DNA of 64,000 nucleotides from Piedraia hortae CBS 480.64 (Eukaryota): positions 1 through 64,000 of the forward strand of contig MU006023.1 in the NCBI GenBank assembly GCA_010093745.1, given 5' to 3'. A model generated the notes under the pieces. That model had not been told where the DNA came from. It was given only the letters and a program-made list of their open reading frames with translations, and ran no database searches. Numbering within the stretch: the first letter of the stretch is position 1; each line of letters begins with the position of its first letter. The translations under genes were made by a program, and so were the position numbers. Shown piece by piece: positions 44,644 through 57,817 of the stretch.

Positions 44644-45791
44644 TGCGAAAACGAGTGTAATTGCTGGCCGGCAGCGACTTGGGTGTCTAGAGAGAGTGTG
44701 TGTGTTGACGAAAGAACGTGTGTGGGAAGAAAAGGAAAGAGGAGAGTTCGATTAATGAAACGCTCGACACACGCGAGAAACGGGTGTTTAGGAGAAAAGC
44801 GGGGCCCTGATTGGCTGCGCTAACCGAAAACGCGAATTTGGCGGGGGATGGGCGGCGGGGATACCGCCGTAAACGCCGGTAACACACGTGGCTAATCTTC
44901 CGTCGTCTGCTGAACGGGTTCAGTACTTGTAGAGAATGCATTTTAGGAGCCCTCATCACCCATTTCCCCCCTTCCCCCCAATGCATCTAACACTACCTGC
45001 CTTGACTCGGGGGTCAGCGCGCACTGATTCTAGGGTTAGACCGGAACATTGTTGGCATGCGCAAGCCCAAACAATACGAGCCTTTGGCCGAGAGAAGCCA
45101 AGTTTGAAACGCCGTACTCGTAAGTTTTCGGCTATTTGGTTGGGACCGGTTTCCCAGGGCAGTTCAGCCACAGCCAACTACGCAAACCACCACTTCCACT
45201 CGACCGAAGCAAGGCAGAAGAACGATGCTTTGTTCTGGAAAGAGTCGTGACATGGTGAGTTCTGCTGCTGTCCTTTGCCGTCTATTTGAGTCTCTCCACG
45301 AAGCCCACTTCTAGTCCCGCACCGCTGTGCACTGTGCATTAGCCATTCATGCGGATGCGGGGGCCGAGATCCGAATGTCCACCACCATGGTCGGATGGCT
45401 TGACAGGGTTGATGCATCCCGTGTTTGATGAAAGACACCGGTGACTAACTGCCAATCGCCTGCGTAGCTGCAACAGATACATACGCTAGAAGTCTGTAGC
45501 TGTCACTGGAGCCTCTTACATACTGTTCGTTATTGATAGATACTGCTGATAGGGCATAGATATCTTAATTCAGGCTGTTCACAGACGACGTCCAATGCTC
45601 TGTGCGATGGTCAACCCTAACGCACATGCGTACCACGCTCCAACTCAGGAGACGCGATGCCATGCATATTCTTCACCTAGCAGCCTGGTAAGTGTGTAGG
45701 TTTCATCGTGAATTGTCTGTAAAGGCGCAAGCGCTCACAGCGTAGCCTCGCGATCTGGGTGTAGTATCCCCTTCGCGGCCACAGACGCACC

Positions 45792-48236
45792 ATGGCCCAA
45801 AAAGCGCACCTGCCCGGCCACCTGGACTCTGCGCGACAAACATACCGGCCAAAACATCAGGTTGTCATCAATAAGTGTTATCCGCGGCTACCAAAGAACA
45901 GCACTATTGACGCAAAGCCCAATGGCTCCGAGCTCAGTGCGCTCTGCTTCTACATGGCCAACCGACCCGTCAAGCTGCCCAAAGTGGCCTCCTACCTGGA
46001 GCGGCGCACCGCCCGCGAGGTCGCCAAGCAACAGAGTGCGCCCGTGCTGGTGACGCTGCAGATTCTCTCGGCGCTGATGCAGATCAACGTCGTTGACGGC
46101 TCCGCTTTGGCTCTGATTGCACCCTATCTGATGCGCATTTTGAGCCTCATCCTATCGCGCGCAGTCGACGTGAGCCTATTTGAGGCGTCGTGCGCGACGT
46201 GGGACGTGTTCTGCCAGCACCAGGACATGGCGGTACTAGAAGGCAAGTCGGAGTACAAGTTGCTGTACGAACAAGTTCTACGGCAATATGCGAGTTTGGG
46301 GAGCAAGCACACGGGTAAGAGGCTGGGAAGCTCGACAAGCCCGGTTGAGGCTCAGACGGCCATGCGGCTGCGGCGCGTCGGTTTGAGTGCACTGCTGAGC
46401 GTACTGCGGTCAGAGACACTGGCGCTGGAGAGCGCTCAAGTCCTGCACGACACCATCGTACCGGCGGTCATCAGCAATCTGCGTGGAGACGCCAAGAGTC
46501 TCAGCCGCCTCTTCGCGCGCGCGCGGGAGGGCGAGGAGGAGCAAAAAAGTCCGCGTGCCAGCATGGCCGCCAACCGGGATGAGGTCCCCGCAGATCCTCG
46601 CGCAGCAGAAGGCAGCATCAAGGATGCCGATGACCTTGAAGAGGAAAAGGCGGCGTTGATGGCTGTGGCCTGCCTCAAAGCCATTTTCAACACAAGCTGC
46701 AAGCCGCTCCTCCATGCGGGTGCTGGTGCAACTCTGGAAGTTCTCGGCCGCGACCCCGACTCGCAAGCGTGGGCTGTGGAGCTCTTTGCTCAATGTGCCG
46801 CGTGGACGGCTGTTCAGGATCGCTTCCTAGTTGTGGTAGTCGCCATCAACAGAGTAGGCCAGCTGGAAAACATGCGACAGCAGTATCTTCTGCTGGCCAT
46901 AATAGAGCACATTTTCCACTCCGACCTCAATCTGATAGGTCTCTCCATCATGGACGTGCTGCTGGGGCTGCTCTCGCAGACGGCACGCATCCTACGTGAA
47001 GGCAGCGAATCAAATCCCGCGATGCTCGAGATGCTGCAGAAATGTGTTGCACACCTTGCTACACACGTTTACTACCAAGAGCAGATAACGGATATGGTTT
47101 CTGCCATTTTAACCCGACTCAAGTCGTCTGACGATCCCTCGCCGACTCCTTTCAGCACGCCTCCTGGTCGCCGTGTTGGTCTAGAGATGGTGGCCTCCAT
47201 CTTCCGCGTAGCACATTCCTCTCCCAATCACTCCGGTGTCCCAATCTCCATCTTCGAAAAGACGCAATGGATGGTGCGGGATGAGAGCGAAGCCGTTCGC
47301 CAGGCCTATGCTGACATGATCACAACATGGTTACGCCTGGAAGCAAAGCCTAGCGATTTAATGCCCGTTCGTACGGCTGTCCCACCGCCCTTCCTTGCCA
47401 TGCTGCATCGCGCACACTACGATCATGTAGTACAAATGACCCAAACAGCCAGTGGAGAGCATGAGTGTGATCGTGCAGCTGAGGTTTTGCTAACCTGCGT
47501 GCGATGCATGGGAATTCATGCTGTTGCAACGGGTTTACCCATGATCTTTTCTTTGCTAAAGTTTGAAGGTGGCAGTTCGCAACCGCTCAACCGTCTTGCG
47601 GACAACTACTTAACCACAGTAGCCGAAATCTTCCAATGCAGATCCGATCTCACTCAACGGGCATTAGTCTGGGACGAGGAACGGCAGCGTGTCCTCGTGG
47701 ACGGTGTTCTAGATCGCTATACAAGAGTCATGCAACCGTCTTCTCCCACGTCAGCTTCTTCACCGCGACCGGGCAGCAGAGGTGTGGCAGCTTCGCCTGC
47801 GTTTTCGCCCACTTCAACTGCAAGACGAATTAGCAGCAGTACCTCCGCCACAGAAGCGGTGGCCATGCTCCGTGGCCAGATTAGCAATCCCTGGAGACAT
47901 GTTCGTGACAAGAGCGAAGTAATGGAGATCCCCAATGGGCCAACAAACATCGAGAGTACTTCTCGCCTATTCGTGGATGGCGAAACTTCCTTTAACAAAA
48001 CATCTACCCCTGTTGCGGGGTCGAAAGTGGAGGGTCTGAAAAGACTTGTGGCACAGAACAATACTGCCACCGGAGGAAGTGACGGTGACGTTTTTGGGCC
48101 AGGGCAGATCATTTCTAGCGCGAGCAATGGCAGGCAAAGGGATGAATTGTCTCTCCCGATAATGAGTGGACGAAGAAGAGAGAAGTCTGTGGTTGCGGGG
48201 GGAATTTTAGGGGACGATGCGATCCCACCTTATTGA
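45792..48236 (+). CDS. EFR3: Efr3-like plasma membrane scaffold
   Basis: RPKHQVVINKCYP, PNGSELS.L..Y, KLPKV..YLE, NLIGLSIMDVL and LATHVYY.EQITDM. Confidence 0.88.
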   Translation: MAQKAHLPGHLDSARQTYRPKHQVVINKCYPRLPKNSTIDAKPNGSELSALCFYMANRPVKLPKVASYLERRTAREVAKQQSAPVLVTLQILSALMQINVVDGSALALIAPYLMRILSLILSRAVDVSLFEASCATWDVFCQHQDMAVLEGKSEYKLLYEQVLRQYASLGSKHTGKRLGSSTSPVEAQTAMRLRRVGLSALLSVLRSETLALESAQVLHDTIVPAVISNLRGDAKSLSRLFARAREGEEEQKSPRASMAANRDEVPADPRAAEGSIKDADDLEEEKAALMAVACLKAIFNTSCKPLLHAGAGATLEVLGRDPDSQAWAVELFAQCAAWTAVQDRFLVVVVAINRVGQLENMRQQYLLLAIIEHIFHSDLNLIGLSIMDVLLGLLSQTARILREGSESNPAMLEMLQKCVAHLATHVYYQEQITDMVSAILTRLKSSDDPSPTPFSTPPGRRVGLEMVASIFRVAHSSPNHSGVPISIFEKTQWMVRDESEAVRQAYADMITTWLRLEAKPSDLMPVRTAVPPPFLAMLHRAHYDHVVQMTQTASGEHECDRAAEVLLTCVRCMGIHAVATGLPMIFSLLKFEGGSSQPLNRLADNYLTTVAEIFQCRSDLTQRALVWDEERQRVLVDGVLDRYTRVMQPSSPTSASSPRPGSRGVAASPAFSPTSTARRISSSTSATEAVAMLRGQISNPWRHVRDKSEVMEIPNGPTNIESTSRLFVDGETSFNKTSTPVAGSKVEGLKRLVAQNNTATGGSDGDVFGPGQIISSASNGRQRDELSLPIMSGRRREKSVVAGGILGDDAIPPY

Positions 48237-49802
48237 TATTTTCTTTATCATACCTATAATTCACCGGTCGTCAACAGATGTGCTGCGTTTCAGAGATGGC
48301 TTACGTATGTACCACAGGACAGCTTAGGTGTCGTAAAACTATGTAGTTATTAGTTTACATAAGGAAAGTGCGCAGTGGCACTTGGCATCAGCTCGGTCCA
48401 CCTCCGAGTACAAAATGTGCAATAACAGCAGTTTATTGTTGAGAACCATACAATTTGAGCTACATAAGCACATCGCTCGAACGCGGCTCCTACAATCACA
48501 TCATGTGGCAAGATACCTAAGTGCGAACTGGACTTTCCAGAAGATGATTCACGTAGTGAAGGCGTCAGCCCCTGTTTAAAAGCCATTAGAAGTGTCAAAT
48601 TTTTTCGTTGCGCAAAAGGTTACCTCAAACCTAGGCCTCCTATTTTTCATGTACCTAATTCGGGTTACAGAATAGGAAAAAGCCACAGCTGCCAACCTGA
48701 CCCAGGATGGAAAACGGGCGGCTTGCATAAATGTTTGGTCTGTTGTTCGTATCGAGACATTGCTATTTTGCCCCTCTCAACCATTTTCCGATCTCTTATA
48801 GGTTGCCCATTCGCATCAGCGCTGGCAGAAACAGGATAATCTGATTGCGTACGCAAGACACTATGCGTTAGGTTTAGTGAGATCTCGCTCGCTCTCGCGA
48901 AAAAAATTTTTCGGTCTCAGAATCAGAGACGGTGTCGAGGAATTTACTCACCGACGGAGCGGAATGAATCGCGTCACTTTATCACTCCTGTTGACCTGTA
49001 CAACAAGGCGAAACAGTTGTCGAGACTCTCAATCACAAAAGGTTCTTTAGCCGCGCACACTAAGCAGTGTTTCACATGGAACTTTGGCATTCTTTGGACA
49101 GCGTGACGGAGTCATTGCTTCAATGTCCATGGTCATGTGCTTATATTTCAGACAAAGTAGGGCGATTGATCTGACATGAACAAAGACCTGCTACTGAAAC
49201 CTATCTTGGAGGTGTTGAGCAAACACAGTAAGCGCTTATGATAGATGTAACGATAGCTGACGAGAGTCGCCAAGCTACCATTGGCAATACGTGTCCATCT
49301 GGTATTATTGTCCATACACGAGTTGATTGATTGTGATTAGGATGCAATAATCGACCACCCTCAGGTGTATGGCTGGTGGGCAGGTCACATAACTTGCTCG
49401 TCTAACCAGCAATTGCAAATCTGTTCACATGCCCTCGAGACGTAATTGATTGGTTTGTTGGGACGGCAGTAACCACCCGAAAGCCCGGCCTGCGGGGTCG
49501 ATCCGGGGAAAGTCACGTGCCAGGCGGTGGCGATGAAGTCTTTGGGCGGAAAGGCGCTCGAGGTTCAGATGGCTTTGCTGGAGATTGTAGGTGTTGGTCC
49601 GTTCACGTAAGCCCGTATACAGACCGTTTGCCGTCAACCTCTAGCAAAACGATAGCCGCGGCCTAGCCAACGGTTGGGTTGGATTTGCAGCAGAGCCGCA
49701 TGTGAGCCGCATGAAAGCGCGTCTTGTACTGCGCCTTCGCCTTTCCCTTTTCCTCCCTTCCTTGCAACACACAAACACCATCGCTACAATCTCATTCTGA
49801 CC

Positions 49803-51047
49803 ATGCAACTTGCCGCTGGCGGCGATAAAGATATGGCCCTTTTTCATCCCTCTTACTTTCCAGTTCCGGGCCCCGATTACACAAACTTCACCTTCCATCC
49901 TCAGCCTTTTGTGCCGCAATGGCCGTCGATGTTGCCTGTGTACACGAAACCGGCACCAAGAAAGTCTTCGAGTGCTGGCGGTCGAGCCTTATCATCTCCT
50001 CGAAGAACTTTGACCGATCAGGATCGTCGTGCCATGTGTGAATATGCGCGCGAGCATCCTGATTGCAAACAGACCGACATTGGGGCACTTTTCGGCGTTG
50101 AGAGGAGGTACTTTCTATTTCCCATACTTCTTTCAAACTTTGCTAACTTTATCTGCCAAGCACTGTGTCCAAAGTCCTGCGATTAAAGGACAAGTACCTC
50201 AAAGAAGATGACAAGGAGAATGACAGTCGGGACGCGAAGCCTTCGAAGCGTGCCAAAGCGCACTCTCCAAAAGGCTCAAGCCTCTTCAAGACTTGGAACA
50301 CGAAACAGGTATGGTTGTTCATGCAAAATCGCGTGTCGAAGCTAACACTGCTAGAAAAAAGGCACAGCCACGCCAGCAAGGGAAGTTGGTTATGCAAAGT
50401 CATCAGAGCATACTTTGACGCTGATTACTACGTCTGAAGTATCAGAGATGTTCTCCTCTGACGGCGATGAGCGATTTCAGCAAACCTATTCTGTTTCAAC
50501 GGATCCACATGCTGCCCCCGAAAGCAGATGTGAGAGTCTAGCGCCTTCGCCGAGTCAGTTCTACCCGTACCCGCAACCCAATGACCCATACATCTGCAGC
50601 CAACCCAGTGTACCCATGAGAGAGGTACCCCCAACTGAAGAGGTGGACCCACTCACAACATGGATTGACGGAAAATTGGCAGCACAAGATAACATGATGG
50701 CTCTACCACAAGACAGTACTTGTTTTCCACCATCGCTGCCTGAAGCACCATTTGAGCTAGATGAGTCCCTGGATGCGACCCTGATAGATCCGACTCTACA
50801 TTCAGCTACGGCCAACATGTCGCAGATCACGTTGTCGCAAAGTCAGCAGCCTACGTTTGCTGCTCAGATCGTATCGCCGGACGTGATGTCACACAGACAG
50901 ATGCCAAGCGAAAGAACAGCACAGGACGCCCTCAATGCTTTGGATTGCCTGCATTCGTTCTTCAAACAAAATTCCATCGGTCTCGATTTCGAAGAAAGTG
51001 TTCTTCTGGGCAGAATGAAGGACAGGGTTCATGAAAGGGCCAAATGA
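49803..51047 (+). CDS. CENP-B/psq-type N-terminal HTH protein (putative transcription factor)
   Basis: RRTLTDQDRRAMCEY…KQTDIGALFGVER|STVSKVLR.KDKYL; introns 50108-50160 and 50309-50354 keep the frame into the last exon. Confidence 0.75.
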
Positions 51048-51187
51048 ACGTTGCTATGATTCTTTTTTCGATGATTTAATACACTAAGATATGAGATGCT
51101 CACGCATCACAGTAGATGGGGAGTGGGGAAGGTATCATGTATCTTTAGTTAATCGTCGTTTGAGCTGGTCTCGAAAGAAAAAATGTA

Positions 51188-52408
51188 TCACGAACCAACC
51201 TCCAGCTCAGGAAAGACTCGGACCACCAAGAGCTCCACCAACGCCACGATCAGCCGCTTATTGATCTGTCGGTCATCAAGCCACCTCAACGTCGCCACCA
51301 CATGATCTGCACAGCCCGTTGTAGACAACGCCCCAAAATAAATGTTCCTGAAAGCCGGCGGCATAGCATCCACCAATGCAGCTGCGCACTCCCTCGAGGT
51401 TGCCATGGTCGGTGGCAACGGCACTGTGGGAAAAATCACCGTACGCAACGACGCCAAAAGCGGCGGGATTTGGTCCTGGTCCAGCGCCTTCTGTACGCCC
51501 CATGACAAAAATCTGTCAACGGCGCTATTGACAGCGCAGAAACCACTAGAAGTGAGCCGACGTGCCAACGCCGCAGAAGCAGTCAGCCACGGCATGCGCT
51601 TGCGCAATTCGCTTATTCTCGCAAGAAGATTCCACACTTCCATATCCACTACGGGCTTCGCCTGCGAACCACGCTTGGGAGCATCATAATATGCCAATCT
51701 CATCACCTCCCAAGCAGAACTCATATTTTGCAATGTTCCCCAAAACATTGTTGTCCACGACTTGACACCATCTTTAGATCTACCCTGCGGAACATGTTCC
51801 ACCACCATCTTCCTAATCAACCCCCAAATCAACTCCGGCTGACTAGCCATTTCCAGCAGTACTTTCTTCAACACAAGCTCACTCAAAATCTCAGTGATTA
51901 GTACCCTCTCACACGGGTTCTCCCATTCATCGGGCGGGAAGACCAACTCCGCCAATTTCCCAGCCAGAATCTGAGCCCATTCATCCTCCTTCCCCTCCAA
52001 AACGAGATGAGGTCTCAGAATCGCAAACGCTGCAGCTGAGTCTTCAACCCCACGCGCAGCCTCAAATGCATCTATATGCTTTCCCACCACACGGGGAATA
52101 TCATCGAGAATAACCCTCTCCCGATCTACGCGTCGGAGACGCGCTTCCAGATCGCGTGTGCAGTGCGCGATCGTGAGCACTACCTCGGATATGAACTCCG
52201 TATCCGGAGTTATGGGACGATACCATGTAAGTACACTGCGCGAGATGAGAGTTGAGATTAGTGTGTAGAGCTCGAGGTCGATGCTATCGTTGCTGGTAAG
52301 TGGAGGGAGTTGACTGGAGAGAGGCGTGTAGACTATGGTGTCATGTGACAAGGGACTGTTTTGCGGACAGAGAGTGTTTTGTATGAAAGTTTCTTGCGCC
52401 GTCGGCAT
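51188..52408 (-). CDS. PXA-domain protein
   Basis: LPPLTS…DLELY…VLTWY..ITPD.EF..EV…IAHCTR.LE.RLR and a C-terminal NKRLI..LVELL.VR.FPEL. Confidence 0.8.
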   Translation of the reverse strand: MPTAQETFIQNTLCPQNSPLSHDTIVYTPLSSQLPPLTSNDSIDLELYTLISTLISRSVLTWYRPITPDTEFISEVVLTIAHCTRDLEARLRRVDRERVILDDIPRVVGKHIDAFEAARGVEDSAAAFAILRPHLVLEGKEDEWAQILAGKLAELVFPPDEWENPCERVLITEILSELVLKKVLLEMASQPELIWGLIRKMVVEHVPQGRSKDGVKSWTTMFWGTLQNMSSAWEVMRLAYYDAPKRGSQAKPVVDMEVWNLLARISELRKRMPWLTASAALARRLTSSGFCAVNSAVDRFLSWGVQKALDQDQIPPLLASLRTVIFPTVPLPPTMATSRECAAALVDAMPPAFRNIYFGALSTTGCADHVVATLRWLDDRQINKRLIVALVELLVVRVFPELEVGS

Positions 52409-55400
52409 GGTTGGTGGTGCATGGATGTGGTTGTGTACACTCCCTGTTTTGATTATGGAATGAGGCGGTGTTGTTTAGGATGCATTTTGTGTGTTGTGGT
52501 CATGGATTTGGGACTGGTGTTGTGTTATTGACGTGCGATACTGCTTAGTAAGTGGCATGTGGTTATCGGGCCCCGCGGTGGTGCACATGCACAGATATCG
52601 AGGATATAACGGTTTGTCGATGGAAAGTGGGGTCGCGAGCGACACGACTTGTCAGACACTGGGATTAGGGAGGTGAGATATACCGGAAGGAGACAGGGCG
52701 GAGGGAACCCGAAGACAAATACCAGAGACAGAGCGTAAGATAGAGATAGAGTGCACTCTTCTCGTCGTACACGACTTCATAATTTGGAATTCCTATATGT
52801 CAACTCAGCCATCCAATGTCGAATGAGCCTCGCGACGTTCCACCATTGCTGCTACACCTGGTGGGGTTGAAAATTATTGGTCAAAATCACCAGGACATGA
52901 CGTGAAAAGTTGGCAGGCAACAAGTTTGTATTCAGAGGTGAATACGTCGTTGGGCAAACATTGAACTGTCAGTGAGTCACTTGCTCACAAGGCACCTTGG
53001 TTGTATCACCAGAAGGCATTCACTTTTCATTCTTTCCTCTGCAGATATACTCCTCCGTAAGTATATAAGTCTACGTCTCCTTCCACTCTGGACTTCATCA
53101 ATATGCATTCCCTCTTCGTTCCAATCCACGTAGACATGGATATACCTGTCTATCACTTATGAAACCAACTTCATGATAACTCACCTACCCACCGAGCGTG
53201 GGGTACCGTGGGCAACGGCTTGAAGCACGACTATGTATCTAAGTCACCGCCGGGACTCGGCTTCAACTACCGCAGCAGTGCTATTTACATCTTCTCGAAA
53301 CGACTGGCTGATCCATTCTACAAAAACCTGGAAAAGCCACATTAAGCCTTCCAAACATGATGCCGCCCAGATGACCTGGTGGAAAAGACCGCGGGTATCG
53401 ATAATACTGGGTACATTGACTTTCCCATCCTTGACGCCGTGTCTGGGTATCAACCATGCATCCACTTTACCACCCATGATTATACAACTGCTGTGTAGGC
53501 AAATTGAAACTGGGAAACTGTTGTGCAGGTCGCCACGGAGCGATCCGCAGGTGATGACCCACATCTCTGACCAGGGTTCGAGTACTCAGAAATTTTCTTG
53601 TAGCTCTAGATACGCGTGTATACTGACACACCTGTGAGGTGCCGCTGCTTATTAGAACAGAAACCATCATCCGCATTCAGCTTTACAAGGTAAATACGAT
53701 AAATTCATTGTGATCTCGATCAACTCAATAACTGCATGACTGGTCACTGTACTGGAATCAACAACTGGCAGAAAATGCTCGAACGAGACCACTCTTCAGT
53801 ACATCTTCTACGGATGCCACAAAAACATGCATTTATTTGACATGATGGCCGCTGGGGAATATATAGTCCTTCACATCGCTGTTCTAGTAACAATTATTGC
53901 CGCGTTTCGTGTTACTCCTCCGAAGGGTCGAAAACGGCTACCTGGAAGGACCTGTTCACTTCAATGTCTGTTTGTGTCACATTCCGGATCATTTGTGACT
54001 GGAGATCTTCAACATTGTACACATCGGTTGACGTATGTATACCGGCAGACGTCTTGATAGGGCACGTCTCACTACTATAAGAGTCTGGAAGGAGGGAAAT
54101 TTCATTGTTATGAAGAATGGCCTTCCCCATACCCAAACTCCGCACAAAATTACGCATTACACATACCTGGCGAGACTGGATAACTAATAACCATACTTAC
54201 ACCAATTTTTTCATACAACTCAGTCTATCAGAAAGCAACAACATGTGCTGCTTTTCAAACCCCCAAATCAGGGCGTCTAGCAACATCTCATCAGCTGTGT
54301 CAGGGTGGTTCGAGCTACAACTGAAGATACATCGGCCATCGAATCGTCAGATGAGGCTGCTGTTCACCAGATGGGCTCGAATGAAACACGAAACTGCTGC
54401 CGAAGCCATTGTACTTACACACTATCGTTGGATGGTGGTACCCAAGAGTGTGTGAACGATCTCCCTAGCTTGTGCGATCACTCTGAAGTAGCGCAACGGC
54501 CTGGTTTATGCTCTATATAAGGCATCATTTACCGATTTATTCTCCGGCATCCAACAACAGCGTCGACAAAAGGTGCGCTGCTCGGAGAACTTACGACACG
54601 ACATACTTTTTTGTTTGCACACAACATACCATCCTTTTCGGAATGCAGCATTCTACCGCGAACAAACCGCTTCAGAAAGCAAAAACATATCCGCCAGCCG
54701 TGTCATCCTTGATGCGCGACTGAGGCTTGAAAAACATAATAATTGAGAGTTTTGCATCGATAAAAGCAAAGATGTGAAGAATGTGCCTGGGGTACGCTAA
54801 GAATGACCATGATTCAGCGAGCGATTCAATATTGTGCATTGTTTTTTGCCTGTTCGTGAGACTGGCATCAGTAAGTTTCGTTAAACTGATGTAAAAATTG
54901 CAGGTCTCATGCACACTAGTTCACTCGTCATCCACCCAGCTACTCGCGAGTCAGTTGCATAACAAGACTGACATTATGGGGGTTGACCATTCACGGAGGA
55001 TATTGAAGTCTGCTCTGGTCAGACACTGGCAACTGCTGTATAACTCTTTCGACTATACTTTCGGCCGTGGAAAATGAAGCCGTGGTAGTGACGACAGTAT
55101 CATTACGACGATGTGCGGACTATTCACCGAGGTTTAGAAGGAAACTAGGTAGTACTCTTCTTGGCACTCTCAAGGGATGAGCTGTTCCCAAATGAGGCGG
55201 CGTCTTCTTACTGACCATTTTTACATTGGACCTCAAACTTGATTCGCTACTTGGTATGACTGAATGATGTCTCTTAGGATTGTGGGATTGCGGGCTTGGC
55301 TAGTAATTGAGGTATATTGGACAGGCCATTGAAGGCTGTCTGAGGCGTTTATAGCATATTCATAGCAATGAGCACAAGTGTCGACGGCTGCCCAATTACT

Positions 55401-56185
55401 ACGACTTGTCGAAGCACTCACCCACCCAAAGGACAAATTGTCAAGCTTCGAGCATATCTGCCGGCCAGATAGTTGGCAGACATCCTTGAGGCTTGCAAAT
55501 GTCAAACAGGATTGTAACAGGTAAGCTGAACTGAACTCTATTCCTTAACAATGGCTATGTGACCACGGATAGCAGCCAAGGATAGCCAAGGAACCGGCGA
55601 TCATTCGATCATATTTGCTTTTTTGTGGATTTGAACGCGTAATTTCACGTTAACCTGCGAGGCTGAGATTCGCACGTTCTCCGGTTCATGGTCCGGGTAT
55701 GAGTTTCTCCTGTAGGAGGACGCCACTACGGACCATCCTCAAGCTACCCCGCATTCAGGGTGTCGTTTGATTGGCCGTTCAATAGCCGGAATCATGTGGC
55801 GCGGGGTACATGATCGCGCCTCAAAAACGGTGTCTGCGGGGGAGTCCACCCGCAACAGCAAGGGAACTGGCTCAAGGCTTGCCAGCTTTGGTGACGCAGG
55901 GAACAGCTGATACAAGCAGCACTCGTGAAGAGGAACTTAGCTTAGGTCAGCTGTGATACATTTGCGATAGTAGGAACAGTACCAATGATCATACGAATGT
56001 CCTCTCCCACCATCACAGTTATAGAGCTGTCAGTTTAAAGTTTAGGTTTGCGTATGTGAGATCTGACACCTCGGCTCTCCCCGGAACCCCGAAGTGCCCA
56101 CGGACGACAGCCCCTCATACAATAAAATGTAGACGGCTGCTCAGCTCCAAGAATCACTTCCATCTTACTCCTCCTACTTCCAATC

Positions 56186-57444
56186 ATGGCTCCCGAAGTT
56201 CCAAGACTCAAAAAGCTCAAGTCATCACCAAGACTGGAGAGCCAATCGAATTCAAAGAGATCCCCGTGCAGCAGCCCGGCCCTGATGAAGTTCTTGTCAA
56301 CATCAAGTATAGCGGAGTCTGTCACACCGATCTCCACGCTTGGAAGGGTGACTGGCCGCTTGCCACCAAGCTCCCCTTGGTTGGAGGCCACGAAGGTGCC
56401 GGTACTGTGGTTGCAAAGGGTGACCTCGTAGATGACGTTGAAATGTATCACTTCATGTCATACCATGATTTCAATCGCTAACTTTTGCAGTGGTGACAAT
56501 GTCGGTGTAAAGTGGATCAACGGCTCATGCCTCGCTTGCGGCTTCTGCCAGCAATCAGACGAACCTTTGTGCGCCAAGGCTCTCATGTCAGGGTACACTG
56601 TTGATGGCACCTTCCAGCAGTATTGCATCGCCAAGGCCGCCCATGTTGCGAGGTTGCCCAAAGAAGTTGACTTGCAGAAAGTTGCCCCAATCTTGTGCGG
56701 TGTGTTATTAAGACTTGCATGGCTTTAAGCATTACTGACAGCAACAGCTGGTATCACGGTCTACAAAGGCCTCAAGGAGTCTGGCGCACGTCCTGGAGAG
56801 ACGGTCGCGATCGTAGGTGCGGGAGGTGGTCTGGGTTCATTGGCACAGCAATATGCCAAAGCCATGGGCCTACGCACCATTGCCGTTGACTCGGGCGACG
56901 AAAAGAAAAAACTATGTGAGAAACTCGGCTCCTATGCCTTCGTCGATTTTGCGAAAAGCAAAGACGTGATCAAAGAGGTGCAGGAGGCCACCGAAGATGG
57001 CCTAGGACCCCACGCTGTCCTCCTCGTGGCCGTAAATGAAAAACCCTTCCAGCAAGCTGCGGCTTACGTTCGACCAAGAGGTTAGTTTTACTTTTCCATT
57101 CATGCAATACCTTCTAGCTGACATAACTTCTCAAGGCAGTGTGGTTTGCATCGGTCTTCCGGCCAATGCCGAATTCAAGGCCCTTGTTTTCGACACAGTC
57201 ATCCGTATGATCAACATCCGTGGATCGTATGTCGGCAACCGCAAGGATACCACCGAAGCAATCGAGTTCTTCCGCCGCGGTGTCATCGATGTTCCCATCG
57301 AGACCGTCGGTCTTTCCGAGCTGCCGTCGGTGTACGAAAAGGTAGGCATTTCTATTCCAGAAAGTCCAAGATTTGTGCTAACACTTGGAATAGATGGAGA
57401 AAGGGCAAATACAGGGAAGATATGTGTTGGATATGAGCAAGTAG
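56186..57444 (+). pseudogene. ADH: Zinc-dependent alcohol dehydrogenase (ADH1-like) with an apparent 1-nt frameshift after codon 5
   Basis: [36 protein letters not shown] and GRYVLDMSK*; four introns. ATG 56186 (MAPEVP) is out of frame with KTQKAQV. It could be an intact gene with a sequencing error. Confidence 0.8.
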
Positions 57445-57738
57445 GTGTATGTACTGTACCATGAATAATGAGGATTTTTCTGCAAGGACTTCCACCTATC
57501 ATAGGACTTCAGAAACCACTAGCAACCTTTTCCCGCACCTGTTTGCTGCAGTCCGAGCACAAGGTCGTGTATGGCCGATACTACATATTTCACTTCGCTG
57601 GCGAGCACAAACCTCATCGCCGTTGGAAAAGTTGAATAAGCGGGTCCTTTCAGAGATTTGAATTCACATCGATGCCAGAATCTTAACCCAAGAAATCTTC
57701 TTACTCATACACCTGCATACATACAATACCAACTACCC

Positions 57739-57807
57739 ACCACCCTCTACCTACCACCCTCTACCTACCACCCTCTACCTACCACCCTCTACCTACCACC
57801 CTCTACC
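57739..57807. repeat. 14-bp tandem repeat (ACCACCCTCTACCT) x ~5
   Basis: Read directly from the sequence; lies just past the RhoGEF stop codon. Confidence 0.95.
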
Positions 57808-57817
57808 CAAAAACCCC

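Noticed and set aside
45029..45040. CTAACCCTA / CAACCCTAA (also about 45612) as a telomerase RNA template
   Set aside because: Both lie within a few hundred bases of protein-coding starts, leaving no room, and I see no recognisable pseudoknot or CR4/5.
45751..45772. GTGTAGTATC resembling the U2 snRNA branch-recognition sequence
   Set aside because: The flanks do not match U2 and there is no Sm site; it lies in the EFR3 5' leader.
48890..49000. GAAAAAAATTTTTC RRPE-like motif and a possible ncRNA in the EFR3 downstream spacer
   Set aside because: No snoRNA, snRNA or tRNA boxes could be assembled; the motif alone is insufficient.
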